From Trebonia sp. (GTDB lineage: Bacteria > Actinomycetota > Actinomycetes > Streptosporangiales > Streptosporangiaceae), in NCBI GenBank assembly GCA_036276115.1, contig DATBEM010000025.1, forward strand, positions 1 to 64,000: a stretch of DNA of 64,000 nt, read 5' to 3'. Shown one piece after another: positions 37,390 to 46,411 of this stretch; positions within the stretch are counted from its first letter, which is position 1; every line of letters begins with the position of its first letter. A program made the position numbers and the translations under genes. Under the pieces are notes generated by a model, which made no database searches, was not told the origin of the DNA, and saw only the letters and a list, made by a program, of their open reading frames with translations.

Positions 37390-37641
37390 CCAGGGCGGTT
37401 CGGCCCTTGCGTTCGGGGAGACGGTTCCCTCGCTGGAGTACGTGAAGGTGCCGACCGCGATCGCCCAGTTCCCGGCCGACATCGCCGTCCCCGCCCCTGC
37501 CGCTGGATGGAGCGCACGTACAACCTCACCCGGCCCGCCCCCTTGGCCCGCAGCGGCCACTTCCCCCCCACCCGCGAGGAGCCAGGCCCGCTGGCCGACG
37601 ACATCACCGCCTTCCTCCGCGACCTGCGCAGCCCGGCCTGA
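37390..37641 (+). pseudogene. Alpha/beta-hydrolase (epoxide hydrolase/dehalogenase-like) C-terminal remnant
   Basis: …GETVPSLEYVKVPTAIAQFPADIAVPAPAAGW (one frame) then …ARSGHFPPTREEPGPLADDITAFLRDL (another frame) matches the C-terminal cap/His region (GHFP…E.PE…FL) of alpha/beta hydrolases; no N-terminal nucleophile elbow present. Confidence 0.4.
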
Positions 37642-37698
37642 ACCTGAGCACGCGGTAAGAAACGCGACTTTTCGGCCAGGTCGCGATAACGTCGCGAC

Positions 37699-38796
37699 GT
37701 GACCGACGCTCCCGCCCCCACCGGCGCCGGGCACGGCGCGCCGAAGAAGCGGCTGGTCCGGCGGTTTGCGACCAGGCTCGGCGCGGCAGTGCTCGCGGTG
37801 ATCATCATCGCGTGCGCGCCCTTCGGGTACCTCATCGTGATCGGGTCCGGCCGGCCCTCGGGCACGATCGCGGCGGCAGGCGGGGACGGGCTCTGGATCG
37901 GGCACATGTGGGTGGACGGCCGCGAGGCGCAGGCCAACGTGGCCCAGCTCGCGGCGACAGTCGAGGCCGACGGCATCAGGGACGTCTTCGTCCACGACGG
38001 GCCGCTCAACGACGACGGCACCCTCCCGGTCAAGCTCGACCCGAGGGCGGCCTGGTTCGTCGCGACCTTCCACAAGCTCGCGCCGGGCATCCGGGTGCAG
38101 GCGTGGCTCGGCCAGGAGGTAGGCACCGGCACGGGCGTGCTGGACCTGGCCAACAAGGCGACCCAGGCGCGGATCGTCGCCAGCGTGAAGTACGCGCTGG
38201 ACGTGCAGGGGTTCGACGGCGTCCACTTCGACATGGAGCCGGTGCCGAGCGGCAACTGGGGGTACGTGCAGCTCCTGCAGCAGGTTCGCCCGGTTACCAC
38301 CCAGCAGCACAAGTTCCTGTCGATCTCGGCCGACCAGGTTGAGCCGGCGGCCGGGATGATGGCGGTCAGCGACGCGATCGCGGGGCACCCGCACTTCTGG
38401 TCGGCGGGCTACCTGCACCAGCTCGCCGGCCTCGTCAATGAGGTCGCCCTGATGGACTACGACACCTGGATCCCGTCCAGCCCCGCCTACGCCGGCTACA
38501 CGAGGACCGAGACCAAGGTCGCGCTGCGCGCCATGCCGGCCGGCGTCCGCCTCCTCATCGGCCTGCCCGCCTACCCGCCGAACCCGCCGACCCACGACTC
38601 CGGCGAGACCATCCCGGCCGCGATCACCGGCGTCCGCCTCGCCCTCGGCTCCGGCCCGCCCGCCAACGTCGGCGTCGCCTTGTACGTGGACTTCGCCGCC
38701 ACCCCCGGGGACTGGCAAGCCTACGAAGAGGACTGGGTGAAGGTACTGCACCCCGCCTCGTCGCCGAAGGCCCTGCCCAAGATGCCGGGATACTAA
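37699..38796 (+). CDS. Membrane-anchored putative glycoside hydrolase (GH18-like TIM barrel, divergent)
   Basis: N-terminal TM anchor; DVQGFDGVHFDMEP resembles the DxxDxDxE catalytic motif of GH18 in degenerate form. Confidence 0.45.
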   Translation: MTDAPAPTGAGHGAPKKRLVRRFATRLGAAVLAVIIIACAPFGYLIVIGSGRPSGTIAAAGGDGLWIGHMWVDGREAQANVAQLAATVEADGIRDVFVHDGPLNDDGTLPVKLDPRAAWFVATFHKLAPGIRVQAWLGQEVGTGTGVLDLANKATQARIVASVKYALDVQGFDGVHFDMEPVPSGNWGYVQLLQQVRPVTTQQHKFLSISADQVEPAAGMMAVSDAIAGHPHFWSAGYLHQLAGLVNEVALMDYDTWIPSSPAYAGYTRTETKVALRAMPAGVRLLIGLPAYPPNPPTHDSGETIPAAITGVRLALGSGPPANVGVALYVDFAATPGDWQAYEEDWVKVLHPASSPKALPKMPGY

Positions 38797-38908
38797 GGGC
38801 CGGGCGGCACCGGCCAGCTAGCGGCATCACCGGCAGCGGCGCCCTGGCAGTCGACCCGACGGCACGCACCGCATCCGGCTGGAGTACCAGGTCGTTCCGG
38901 GCTAGCTG

Positions 38909-39130
38909 TCATTCGCCCGCGGCGCCCTCGGCCTCCCAGCGGAGCAGGTCACCGGGCTGGCACTGGAGCGCCTCGCAGAGCGCGGCCAGCGTCGCGAACC
39001 GCACCGCCTTGGCGCGGCCGTTCTTGAGCACCGCCAGGTTGGCGGGCGTGATCCCCACCCGGTCGGCCAGCTCGCCCACGGACATCTTCCGCTTCGCCAG
39101 CATCACGTCGATGTCGACGGCGATCGGCAT
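38909..39130 (-). CDS. XRE-family HTH transcriptional regulator (YozG-like, 73 aa)
   Basis: MSVGELADRVGITPANLAVLKNGRAKAVRFATLAALCEALQCQPGDLL HTH; start ATG overlaps the stop of the upstream gene (ATGA). Confidence 0.75.
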   Translation of the reverse strand: MPIAVDIDVMLAKRKMSVGELADRVGITPANLAVLKNGRAKAVRFATLAALCEALQCQPGDLLRWEAEGAAGE

Positions 39131-39636
39131 CAGATCACCTCGTCCAGCTCGGCCCGCATCCGCGTCGCCTCCCCGTGGCGGGCGACGGCCTGGGCGAGCA
39201 GCATCCGCAGCACGAGCACGATGAGCGCCACCCCCAAGATGGCCACGCCGATCCCGCCCATGATGAGCGTGACCCCCGGGTCGGCGCGCTGGCCAGGCGC
39301 GTTCACGGCCGTGACCGCGAACCACACGAAGGCAGCCGCGACGATCGCGCCGATGATGACGTCCACGTACCGGAAGGCGCCGTGGGAGAACACGGTCCCG
39401 CGCCGCACCATCGCCACCAGGCGCCACACGCAGGCCCCGATGACCTCGACCGACACCAGGCCCAGGATCGTGAACACGCGGAACGCGGTCAGCGGGAGCG
39501 ACCCGCCCTCCGGGTCACGCCCGCTGGCCAGCGTCCACACCATCAATGCCTGCACGAGCACGGCGCCGGTGAGCACCAGCACGAGCACGGCGCGCAGCGC
39601 GCGCACCGCCAGCTTTCCCATGATCCATCCTCCCAT
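39130..39636 (-). CDS. DUF2975-like polytopic membrane protein co-transcribed with XRE regulator
   Basis: 168 aa, 4 predicted TM helices; conserved pairing with a small YozG-like HTH gene. Confidence 0.6.
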   Translation of the reverse strand: MGGWIMGKLAVRALRAVLVLVLTGAVLVQALMVWTLASGRDPEGGSLPLTAFRVFTILGLVSVEVIGACVWRLVAMVRRGTVFSHGAFRYVDVIIGAIVAAAFVWFAVTAVNAPGQRADPGVTLIMGGIGVAILGVALIVLVLRMLLAQAVARHGEATRMRAELDEVI

Positions 39637-39643
39637 CGAACTG

Positions 39644-39670
39644 CGATAGGAATCTATCGAAATTCGATAG
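39644..39670. promoter_or_regulatory. Palindromic putative operator CGATAGgaatCTATCG plus a third CGATAG half-site, immediately upstream of the membrane-protein/XRE operon
   Basis: Inverted repeat read directly, 8-35 bp upstream of the ATG at 39636. Confidence 0.4.
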
Positions 39671-39816
39671 GTAGGTCAATCTTCAGACCCAGCCGGGTGA
39701 GTCTCGCTTAGCGCACGACGGTCAACGTCAGCCCGTCTCGCCGAGTCTCGTTCACGCATCCGTTCGCGAATACAAGCCAAAGGCCCGGCTCTCTGTTCGA
39801 GAACCGGGCCTGACCT

Positions 39817-39893
39817 TGGTAGCGGGGGTAGGATTTGAACCTACGACCTCTGGGTTATGAGCCCAGCGAGCTACCGAACTGCTCCACCCCGCG
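39817..39893 (-). tRNA. tRNA-Met (anticodon CAT), initiator-like features
   Basis: Reverse complement folds as CGCGGGG-TG-GAGC…GCTGGG-CTCATAA-CCCAG…GTAGG-TTCAAAT-CCTAC-CCCCGCT-A-CCA: 7-bp acceptor with 1:72 mismatch, three G:C pairs closing the anticodon stem, encoded CCA. Confidence 0.85.
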
Positions 39894-39938
39894 GCGACTC
39901 CTTCACTGTATGAACTACGGGGCGCGAACGCAAATCGA

Positions 39939-42800
39939 TCAGGAGGCGGCCGGGGTGGCGAGCCAGACGGTGTAGTCGAGCTCCCAGGGAGCGGCGGGCG
40001 GGCCGGTCAGCAAGTGAGCGTCCTGCGCTGTCTTCAGGTTGACGAGCTGGCGGGGCTGGGCGCCGGTCACGGCGACGGAGGCGGACGTGCTGCCGAGCAG
40101 GACAGGCTGGCGGCCGGCGTGCTGGACGGCGGTGACAGCCTGCTGGACGGCGGAGGACGAGGTGTCCGTCAGGCGGGCGACCGGGACGCCGCACATGCCC
40201 CGTACGGTCTGCGCGAGCGCGTCGGTCGTGCTGGCATCCACGATGAGGACGCTGGTGGACTGGTCGATCGACTTGCAGATCCGGAACACGGCCGGGTACT
40301 CGCGGGTGTAGGTGGTCCGCAGGGCCATGCCGCGCACCGCCAGGTGGCGGGCACCGGTCGTACCGCTGGTGCTGGCGGCCGGGCCGGTAGCCGACGTTAC
40401 CGAGCTGCTGGTCGTGGCCGACGCCGAGCTGCCGGAGGATGTCGTGGCACTGACGTAGCCGGGGTCGAACGTCGTGACGGCAGCCGGGATGGCCAGGGCG
40501 AGGACGGAGCACGCCACCACGAGCCCGCCTGTCAGCGGGCCGGCGCCGAGCTCGGAGCCGCGCATCCGGATGCGGGAGCATACCCACAGGGCCAGGCAGA
40601 TCAGGGCGGGCAAGACGACGGGCACCAGCCTGCGGCTCGCCCAGGGCTGGTCGGGGAGGGTCGCCGGGTCCCACAGGGTGACGGCGGTCGCCCAGAAGAA
40701 GACCATCAGCGGCAGCGCCCAGAAGCGGGCCGCGACGGGGGTGCCGCGCCACTGGAACAGGGCGCGGACGCAGCGGCGGCCGAGCAGGGCCGCGCCGATG
40801 ACGGCGAGCAGGACGGCGGGCAGCCCGACGTACCAGATCACCCAGTTCAGGCTCTGCTCGTAGTACTGCTGGCGGCCGTCCACGGGTAGCCCGGCCACCC
40901 GCTGCACGGCGGCGACGAAGTCAATGACGTAGGGGTCGGTTGCGCCCTTGGTCACCTGGACCGACGGCCGGATGGCGAGGCCGATGAGGGCCGCCACCGG
41001 GATGAGCAGGGCCACGCCCTCGGCCAGGGCCCGGACCACCGGGATGCGCCGGGTCTGGCCGCCCAGGCCCATGACCGGCATCCGCCACCGGGTGACCCGC
41101 CGGGCCCGCGCCCGGACGGCGGGGAACGCGAACGGCGCGATGAGCGCGGTGAGGACGCCGAAGGCGGCGGCCGCGAAGCCGATGTCGTGCAGCTGGGGGG
41201 CGAGGGTGGCCAGGTACGGCCGGGCCAGGGTGACGCCCTCCAGGACCGATAGTCCCGCCCCGATCACCAGGCCGACGGTGAGCGGGCCGGCTTGCGGGCG
41301 CCGGGCGATGAAGATGAGCGCCAGGAACGGGAACAGCGGCAGGAGGATGGCGAGCGACCCGATGTTGGCCAGGACGGTCAGGCCGAGGGCGATGCCGCCG
41401 AACCAGGCGAGGGTCATCGCCTGCCAGGCCACCCGCCGTCCCCTGGCCTTGGGGGCCGGCCGCAGTCCGGGCGGGCGGAACCCGGGCGTGTTGACGACCA
41501 GCGAGTCAAGTACGAGCGATAGGCCGCCAAACAGCAGGACCTGCACGAGGGGATCGCTGAGGGAGGTCCGGCTGGCGTACTGCTCGGGCAGCGTCACCGC
41601 GAGGACGAGGGCGGCCGCGGGCGCCCACCGGCCGCCGGCCAGCCGCCCCGCCAGGCCCGCGAACGACAAGATCGCGCAGCCGCCGAGGAACGGCGCGACG
41701 AGCAGCCCGCCGCCGACGCCGTGCGCCCATAGCCCCGCCGCGATCGCCAGCGGCAGCCCGGCCATGAAGGCGGGGGTCAGGCCGGACCCGTTCGCCAGGA
41801 AGCCCGGGCTGGTGAACTGCAGGCCAGGGATGCTGCCGAAGGCGCCCGGGTAGGTCGGGATGCGGGCCGTCCCGTGCTCGGCGATCCACCAGGCGTACTG
41901 GAAGTACTCACCCGGGTCGCGGAACACGATGAGCTGCTGCGACCGTTCCAGCGCCTGCCAGGCGGCGAACCCGAGGGCGATGGCGACCGTCGTCAGCACC
42001 GCCCACGCGGGCGCGTCCGGCCGGGCCCGGCGGCCGCGCGGACCGAGGGCCGGGGCGGGCGCGACGGCCGGCGCGGGACCGGTCGCCTGCGGGGCCGCGA
42101 CCGGGGCGGCGGCCGGCGCGGGCGCTTCTGCGGCCAGGGCCGCGGGCCGGCCTGACGCGAACTTGGGCCAGCTCACTGGCAGCTGCCGCATCGCGAAGTA
42201 GAACAGGGCGATCGTCAGGGGGATGAAGATGACGAGCATCGGCGACGGCAGCAGCCGCCCGGCCAGCAGCAGGCCGGCTCCCGGCAGCAGCCAGGCGATC
42301 GCCAGCAGCACCGGCGCCAGGGTCACGGCCGCGAACACCCATCCGGGCAGCCAGGGCCGGGCGGCGTACCAGTTCCGGGTCGCCTTGGCCTGGGCGAGCG
42401 ACCCGGCCAGCCAGCTTGGGGCGGGCTGGCCTGGCCGCGCTGGCCGGCGCCACCCGCGCTCGGGAGCGGCTGGCGGCCCCGCGTCCTCAGCCGGCGAGGC
42501 CTTGGATACGGGTGAGGCTTGATCCGATGCCGGCATCACCTGAGTGGCCGACAGCGCCTGCGCTGCTCCCGCCGATCCAGCCGCCGCAGGCTCCCCGGAC
42601 GCGGCGGCCCGCACGCCAGGATCACCTGCCGGGGGCGTCCCCGACGGGCCCTGCGGCGGCGACGCTCCCCGTCGCTTGCCTGGCTGCGGCAGGATTCCCC
42701 GCGGCAGGATTCTCCGGCGCGGTGCGGCGCCGTCTTCCTCTTGCACGGCTGGCCGCTCACCGACAGCGGGCTTGCGCGCTCCTGGGAGTCGTGAGTGCAC
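39939..42800 (-). CDS. Large polytopic membrane protein (953 aa) with Pro/Ala-rich N-terminus and Ser/Thr-rich extracytoplasmic C-terminal domain; putative GT-C-like glycosyltransferase
   Basis: Long ORF with >10 TM helices followed by TTSSGSSASATTSSSVTSATGPAASTSGTTGA low-complexity and a ~150-aa soluble C-terminus; exact start uncertain. Confidence 0.55.
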   Translation of the reverse strand: MHSRLPGARKPAVGERPAVQEEDGAAPRRRILPRGILPQPGKRRGASPPQGPSGTPPAGDPGVRAAASGEPAAAGSAGAAQALSATQVMPASDQASPVSKASPAEDAGPPAAPERGWRRPARPGQPAPSWLAGSLAQAKATRNWYAARPWLPGWVFAAVTLAPVLLAIAWLLPGAGLLLAGRLLPSPMLVIFIPLTIALFYFAMRQLPVSWPKFASGRPAALAAEAPAPAAAPVAAPQATGPAPAVAPAPALGPRGRRARPDAPAWAVLTTVAIALGFAAWQALERSQQLIVFRDPGEYFQYAWWIAEHGTARIPTYPGAFGSIPGLQFTSPGFLANGSGLTPAFMAGLPLAIAAGLWAHGVGGGLLVAPFLGGCAILSFAGLAGRLAGGRWAPAAALVLAVTLPEQYASRTSLSDPLVQVLLFGGLSLVLDSLVVNTPGFRPPGLRPAPKARGRRVAWQAMTLAWFGGIALGLTVLANIGSLAILLPLFPFLALIFIARRPQAGPLTVGLVIGAGLSVLEGVTLARPYLATLAPQLHDIGFAAAAFGVLTALIAPFAFPAVRARARRVTRWRMPVMGLGGQTRRIPVVRALAEGVALLIPVAALIGLAIRPSVQVTKGATDPYVIDFVAAVQRVAGLPVDGRQQYYEQSLNWVIWYVGLPAVLLAVIGAALLGRRCVRALFQWRGTPVAARFWALPLMVFFWATAVTLWDPATLPDQPWASRRLVPVVLPALICLALWVCSRIRMRGSELGAGPLTGGLVVACSVLALAIPAAVTTFDPGYVSATTSSGSSASATTSSSVTSATGPAASTSGTTGARHLAVRGMALRTTYTREYPAVFRICKSIDQSTSVLIVDASTTDALAQTVRGMCGVPVARLTDTSSSAVQQAVTAVQHAGRQPVLLGSTSASVAVTGAQPRQLVNLKTAQDAHLLTGPPAAPWELDYTVWLATPAAS

Positions 42801-42818
42801 GGACCCACTGTAGACGGC

Positions 42819-44159
42819 CTAGCTGTGCGAGGGGCCACAGGCAGGGGCGACTACATGCTGGTCGTTGCCATCGCGGCTAGCCGTGACGGCCAGCAGCCAC
42901 AAGGCGAGCGTCCCGGGGTAGATGAAGTAGCCAAAACGGGTCGATGGCGCCAGCAGGAACATCAGCGACATCGCCCAGACGAGCAGGAAGACCGCCCGGT
43001 GAACGGTCCGGGGCGGCCTGATCACCAGCGTCGCCGCCACCGCGAGGGCGGTCAGCCCCAGCAGCCCCACGACGGCCGTGTGCCCGGCGTGCCCCAGCCC
43101 GGCGAGCAGGTGGCCGGGCAGCGGGCTGGCCGCCGCCGAGCGGATGCGGGTCAGCCCGAGCGGGAACTCGATCGTGTTGACGACTAGCTCGCGGGGCGGG
43201 GACAGGAACGGCCCGATGCACACCGCCGCCACCGCCACGGCGACCCCGGTGAAGCGGGCGGCGGCCCGCCAGCCGTCGCGGGCGGCGAGCATGACGATCG
43301 CGACCACCAGGCCGGGCCAGGCAGTCGCCTTCATCCCGGCCGCGATGCCCAGGGCGATGGCCGCCAGCGTGACACGGGGGGCGGGCTGGCTGGCGAGCAG
43401 GGCGAAGCCGAGGCACAAGAACGCGACCATGGGCACGTCGGTGCCGCCCACCGCCAGCTCGAGCGCCACGACCGGGCTGGCGGCGACGAGCACTGTCCAC
43501 CGCCAGGTGTCGCGGGCGCCCCCGGCGCGCAGCGCCCATGCGAAGACGACCAGGAACGCCAGCCCGAACCAGATCCGGGGATCGGTCACGGGACTGGCGA
43601 CCAGTGCCCGCGGCAACCCGAACAGCGCCATCACCGGCAGGTAGGGGTTATAGGCGTTGGGGTCGGAGGTCGCCGCCAGGGCGGTGGCGCTGGCATAGGG
43701 AGTGCCGTGGTGGATGAGCGTGTACGCGGACCGCGCGACCACATCGACCTCGGGCTGGCGCAGGTGGCGGACGGCCATGACCGACAGCGGCACGAGGAGC
43801 GCCCCGAGCAGGGACGCCGCCAGGGCGAGGTCGATCCCCCAGCGCGCGAGCCGGCTTTCCAGCAGCAGCCCGCCCCGGGCGGCGAGCACGGCCAGGGCAG
43901 CGACCCCGTACCCGATCGCGGCCATGTCGCCCCAGAGGCGGTGCACTGGGTCGGAACTGAAGATCGCGACCGCCACCGCGTAGCCCGCCGAGACCACGAG
44001 CAAGCCAGCCAGCCAGTAGCCGGGCCACGTGACCGGGGACTGCCACGGGTCGCCGAGCCGCAGGGCCGACAGGCTCAGCGCCGGGCGCCCCGGGGCCGGC
44101 CGGCCGGCATCGGAAGGCCGCCCCGCCTCCGGCTCCTCGCGCCCCCGCTCAGTAATCAC
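42819..44159 (-). CDS. DUF2029/GT87-like polytopic membrane protein (polyprenyl-phosphate-sugar dependent glycosyl/mannosyltransferase family, putative)
   Basis: 446 aa, ~12 TM helices; overall architecture and loop motifs resemble PimE/MptB-type GT-C enzymes. Confidence 0.5.
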   Translation of the reverse strand: MITERGREEPEAGRPSDAGRPAPGRPALSLSALRLGDPWQSPVTWPGYWLAGLLVVSAGYAVAVAIFSSDPVHRLWGDMAAIGYGVAALAVLAARGGLLLESRLARWGIDLALAASLLGALLVPLSVMAVRHLRQPEVDVVARSAYTLIHHGTPYASATALAATSDPNAYNPYLPVMALFGLPRALVASPVTDPRIWFGLAFLVVFAWALRAGGARDTWRWTVLVAASPVVALELAVGGTDVPMVAFLCLGFALLASQPAPRVTLAAIALGIAAGMKATAWPGLVVAIVMLAARDGWRAAARFTGVAVAVAAVCIGPFLSPPRELVVNTIEFPLGLTRIRSAAASPLPGHLLAGLGHAGHTAVVGLLGLTALAVAATLVIRPPRTVHRAVFLLVWAMSLMFLLAPSTRFGYFIYPGTLALWLLAVTASRDGNDQHVVAPACGPSHS

Positions 44160-44196
44160 CCTCGCGATGCTACTTGGTTCGGAGATGTGCGATTCC

Positions 44197-45630
44197 TCAG
44201 CCCACGTTGTGGTCGCTTTCAGCCTCAGCGGCTAGGGCCGCCGGGTCAGGGCCGCCGGCGACCAGGCTGGCGCCCGGCGGCAGTTCGGGGCCAGCTGCCG
44301 GGACGAGGCCGACGCCGGCCACGTCGGCTCCCGCCGGACCAGCGGCGGTCACGGCGGCGGCCCGGGGTCCCGGGCGCGGCGCCACCAGGCTGGCGATTCG
44401 CCAGCTGGCGATGTAGTCGGCCGCCTCGAGCCCGGCCAGGTAAAGCCCCATCGCGACGAAGACCGGCGTGGTAAGGCTGCCGAGCAGGGCGATCCCGATC
44501 AGGATCATCCGGCCTTCCCAGCCGAAGCCGCGCCAGTCCGCCCGGGGCAGCCGCTGCCCTCGGCGGTCCATGAACCAGCTGAGCGGCACCCGCTGCCGCG
44601 CGCGATAGGCCATGTCGAGGTGCCGCAACCCCACCGCCGCGACCAGGCCGAACGTGACCGGTCCGGGCGTGTGCCCGGCATAGCCGGCCGCGGCCAGGAA
44701 GACGTACTCCCCCGCCTGCAAGAACGCGGGCACCCGCCAGTCGCCGGGCCCGTCGTGCAGGTGCGAGGAGCCGAGCGCGGCCAGCAGCATCGCCTCGGCC
44801 GGGGTGAGGACCAAGATCCCGGGCAGGTTCCGCAGCCCGAGGGCGGCCAGCATGCAGGTGACCAGTAGCCCGACCAGCAGCGGGGCCAGCGGTGGCAGTC
44901 GTCCGGCCACCAGCCCGCCGATCCAGGCCGACACCGGCCCGTCGCCCCGGTACCCGGCCACGCCGGTGGCGCCGCCGCCCGGCCGCAGGAGGGTGACCAG
45001 CAGCCCCAGCAGCGCCAGGACAAGGACGACGACCAGCCCCAGGCGCGGCCCGGCCAGCAGCACGGCCAGGCCGGCCAGCAGCAGCCGGACGGCGCCGAGC
45101 CGGGGCAGCCGCGCGGCCGGGCCGGCCGCGCAGAGGGCGGCGGTGTGGTTCAGCGTGAGGGCGACGGCGGCGACGACGGCGAGCGCCCATGCCCCGGAAG
45201 CGCCCAGCCCCCCCGCGTGGCCGATCATGGTGCCTTGCAGCGACGGTCCGAGCGGGCCGCCGAGCCCGTTGGCGGTGCTCCCGGCTGCGGCCCCGGCGAG
45301 GCTGACGGCGCCCGCCAGGGCGGCGTAGATGCCGAGCTCGCCCAGCAGCGCGCAGGCGGCCCGGCTCCACTCGGAGGCGACGGTGACCCGGTGCCCGGTC
45401 ATCGCCCGGGCGGCCGCGGCGGCGAGGACTGACGCGACGAGGAAGGCGAGGGCGAGTACCTGCGGGCCGGGCGAGGACTCGGTGAACCAGGCGGCGGCGA
45501 TGACGGCGAGGCCGAGGGAGGACGCGGCCATCGCGGCGGGAGCGAGCTGCCGCTCGTCCGCCCATCGGGCGATATCAGCGGTAACGCGATCAGCGACCCG
45601 CGTCGTAGCCGGTATTGACACCGCGATCAC
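44197..45630 (-). CDS. Polytopic integral membrane protein of unknown function (477 aa)
   Basis: Ala/Leu/Gly-rich, many TM helices; divergent from the IspD-like gene with a 64-bp intergenic region. Confidence 0.5.
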   Translation of the reverse strand: MIAVSIPATTRVADRVTADIARWADERQLAPAAMAASSLGLAVIAAAWFTESSPGPQVLALAFLVASVLAAAAARAMTGHRVTVASEWSRAACALLGELGIYAALAGAVSLAGAAAGSTANGLGGPLGPSLQGTMIGHAGGLGASGAWALAVVAAVALTLNHTAALCAAGPAARLPRLGAVRLLLAGLAVLLAGPRLGLVVVLVLALLGLLVTLLRPGGGATGVAGYRGDGPVSAWIGGLVAGRLPPLAPLLVGLLVTCMLAALGLRNLPGILVLTPAEAMLLAALGSSHLHDGPGDWRVPAFLQAGEYVFLAAAGYAGHTPGPVTFGLVAAVGLRHLDMAYRARQRVPLSWFMDRRGQRLPRADWRGFGWEGRMILIGIALLGSLTTPVFVAMGLYLAGLEAADYIASWRIASLVAPRPGPRAAAVTAAGPAGADVAGVGLVPAAGPELPPGASLVAGGPDPAALAAEAESDHNVG

Positions 45631-45694
45631 GATTACCCAGCGTACCGGGGGAAGGTCGATTAATCAGGGATCTCACCCCGGTAAAGTCCGGCAT

Positions 45695-46411
45695 GTGACA
45701 GGGATTTCGGCGATTAAGCGGACCGTGGCGGTTGTTCTCGGTGGCGGCGCGGGCACCCGGTTCGGCGCGGACCGGCCCAAGCAGCTGCTGACGCTCGACG
45801 GCCAGACGCTGGTGGAGCATTGCGTGGCGGCGTTCAACGAGGCCCCCGGGGTGGATGAGGTGCTCCTCGTCATGGGCCCAGGGTTCACCGACGAAGCCGC
45901 GGCGATGTGCGGTGACCAGGTCAGCGCGGTGATCGAGGGCGGCGCGAGCCGGGCCGACTCGGTCCGCAACGCGCTGCGCCACCTGACCGCGCGGCACGAC
46001 CCCTGGGTGACGGGGGTCCTGCTCCACGACGCCGCCCGGCCGCTGGTCGACCAGCGGGTCATCGCCGACTGCGTCGCGGCGCTGCCGTCTCACGACGCGA
46101 TCGGCACCGCCATCCCCACCGCCGACACCATCGTCGTGGTGGAGGACGGCGTGATGACCCACATCCCGAAGCGGGAGACGCTGATGCGCTGCCAGACCCC
46201 GCAGTGCTTCCGGCTGTCGGTCATCAACGAGGCCCACCTGCTGGCGTCGCAGGACCCGGCCTTCATCCCGACCGATGACTGCGGCGTCGTCCTGCGCTAC
46301 CTCCCCCAGGTCCCGGTGCACGTGGTCCAGGGCAGCGAGCGGACCCTCAAGGTCACCTACCCGGCCGACCTGGCGATCGCGGAGCTGCTCAAGATCTCAC
46401 GGCCTGCTTGA
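45695..46411 (+). CDS. IspD/TarI-like cytidylyltransferase (NTP transferase, CDP-alcohol forming)
   Basis: RTVAVVLGGGAGTRFGADRPKQLLTLDGQTLVEHCV…VDEVLLVMGP matches the IspD glycine-rich and substrate loops; GTG start at 45695 chosen (track ORF extends upstream). Confidence 0.75.
   Translation: MTGISAIKRTVAVVLGGGAGTRFGADRPKQLLTLDGQTLVEHCVAAFNEAPGVDEVLLVMGPGFTDEAAAMCGDQVSAVIEGGASRADSVRNALRHLTARHDPWVTGVLLHDAARPLVDQRVIADCVAALPSHDAIGTAIPTADTIVVVEDGVMTHIPKRETLMRCQTPQCFRLSVINEAHLLASQDPAFIPTDDCGVVLRYLPQVPVHVVQGSERTLKVTYPADLAIAELLKISRPA

Noticed and set aside
39783-39811. Hairpin 3' of the tRNA as part of the tRNA or as a second tRNA
   Set aside because: It has no cloverleaf features; interpreted as a simple processing or termination hairpin.
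40014-42453. Several plus- and minus-strand ORFs (40014-40889, 40948-41853, 41908-42453)
   Set aside because: All lie inside or antisense to the 953-aa membrane protein gene and have RG/P-rich artefact composition.
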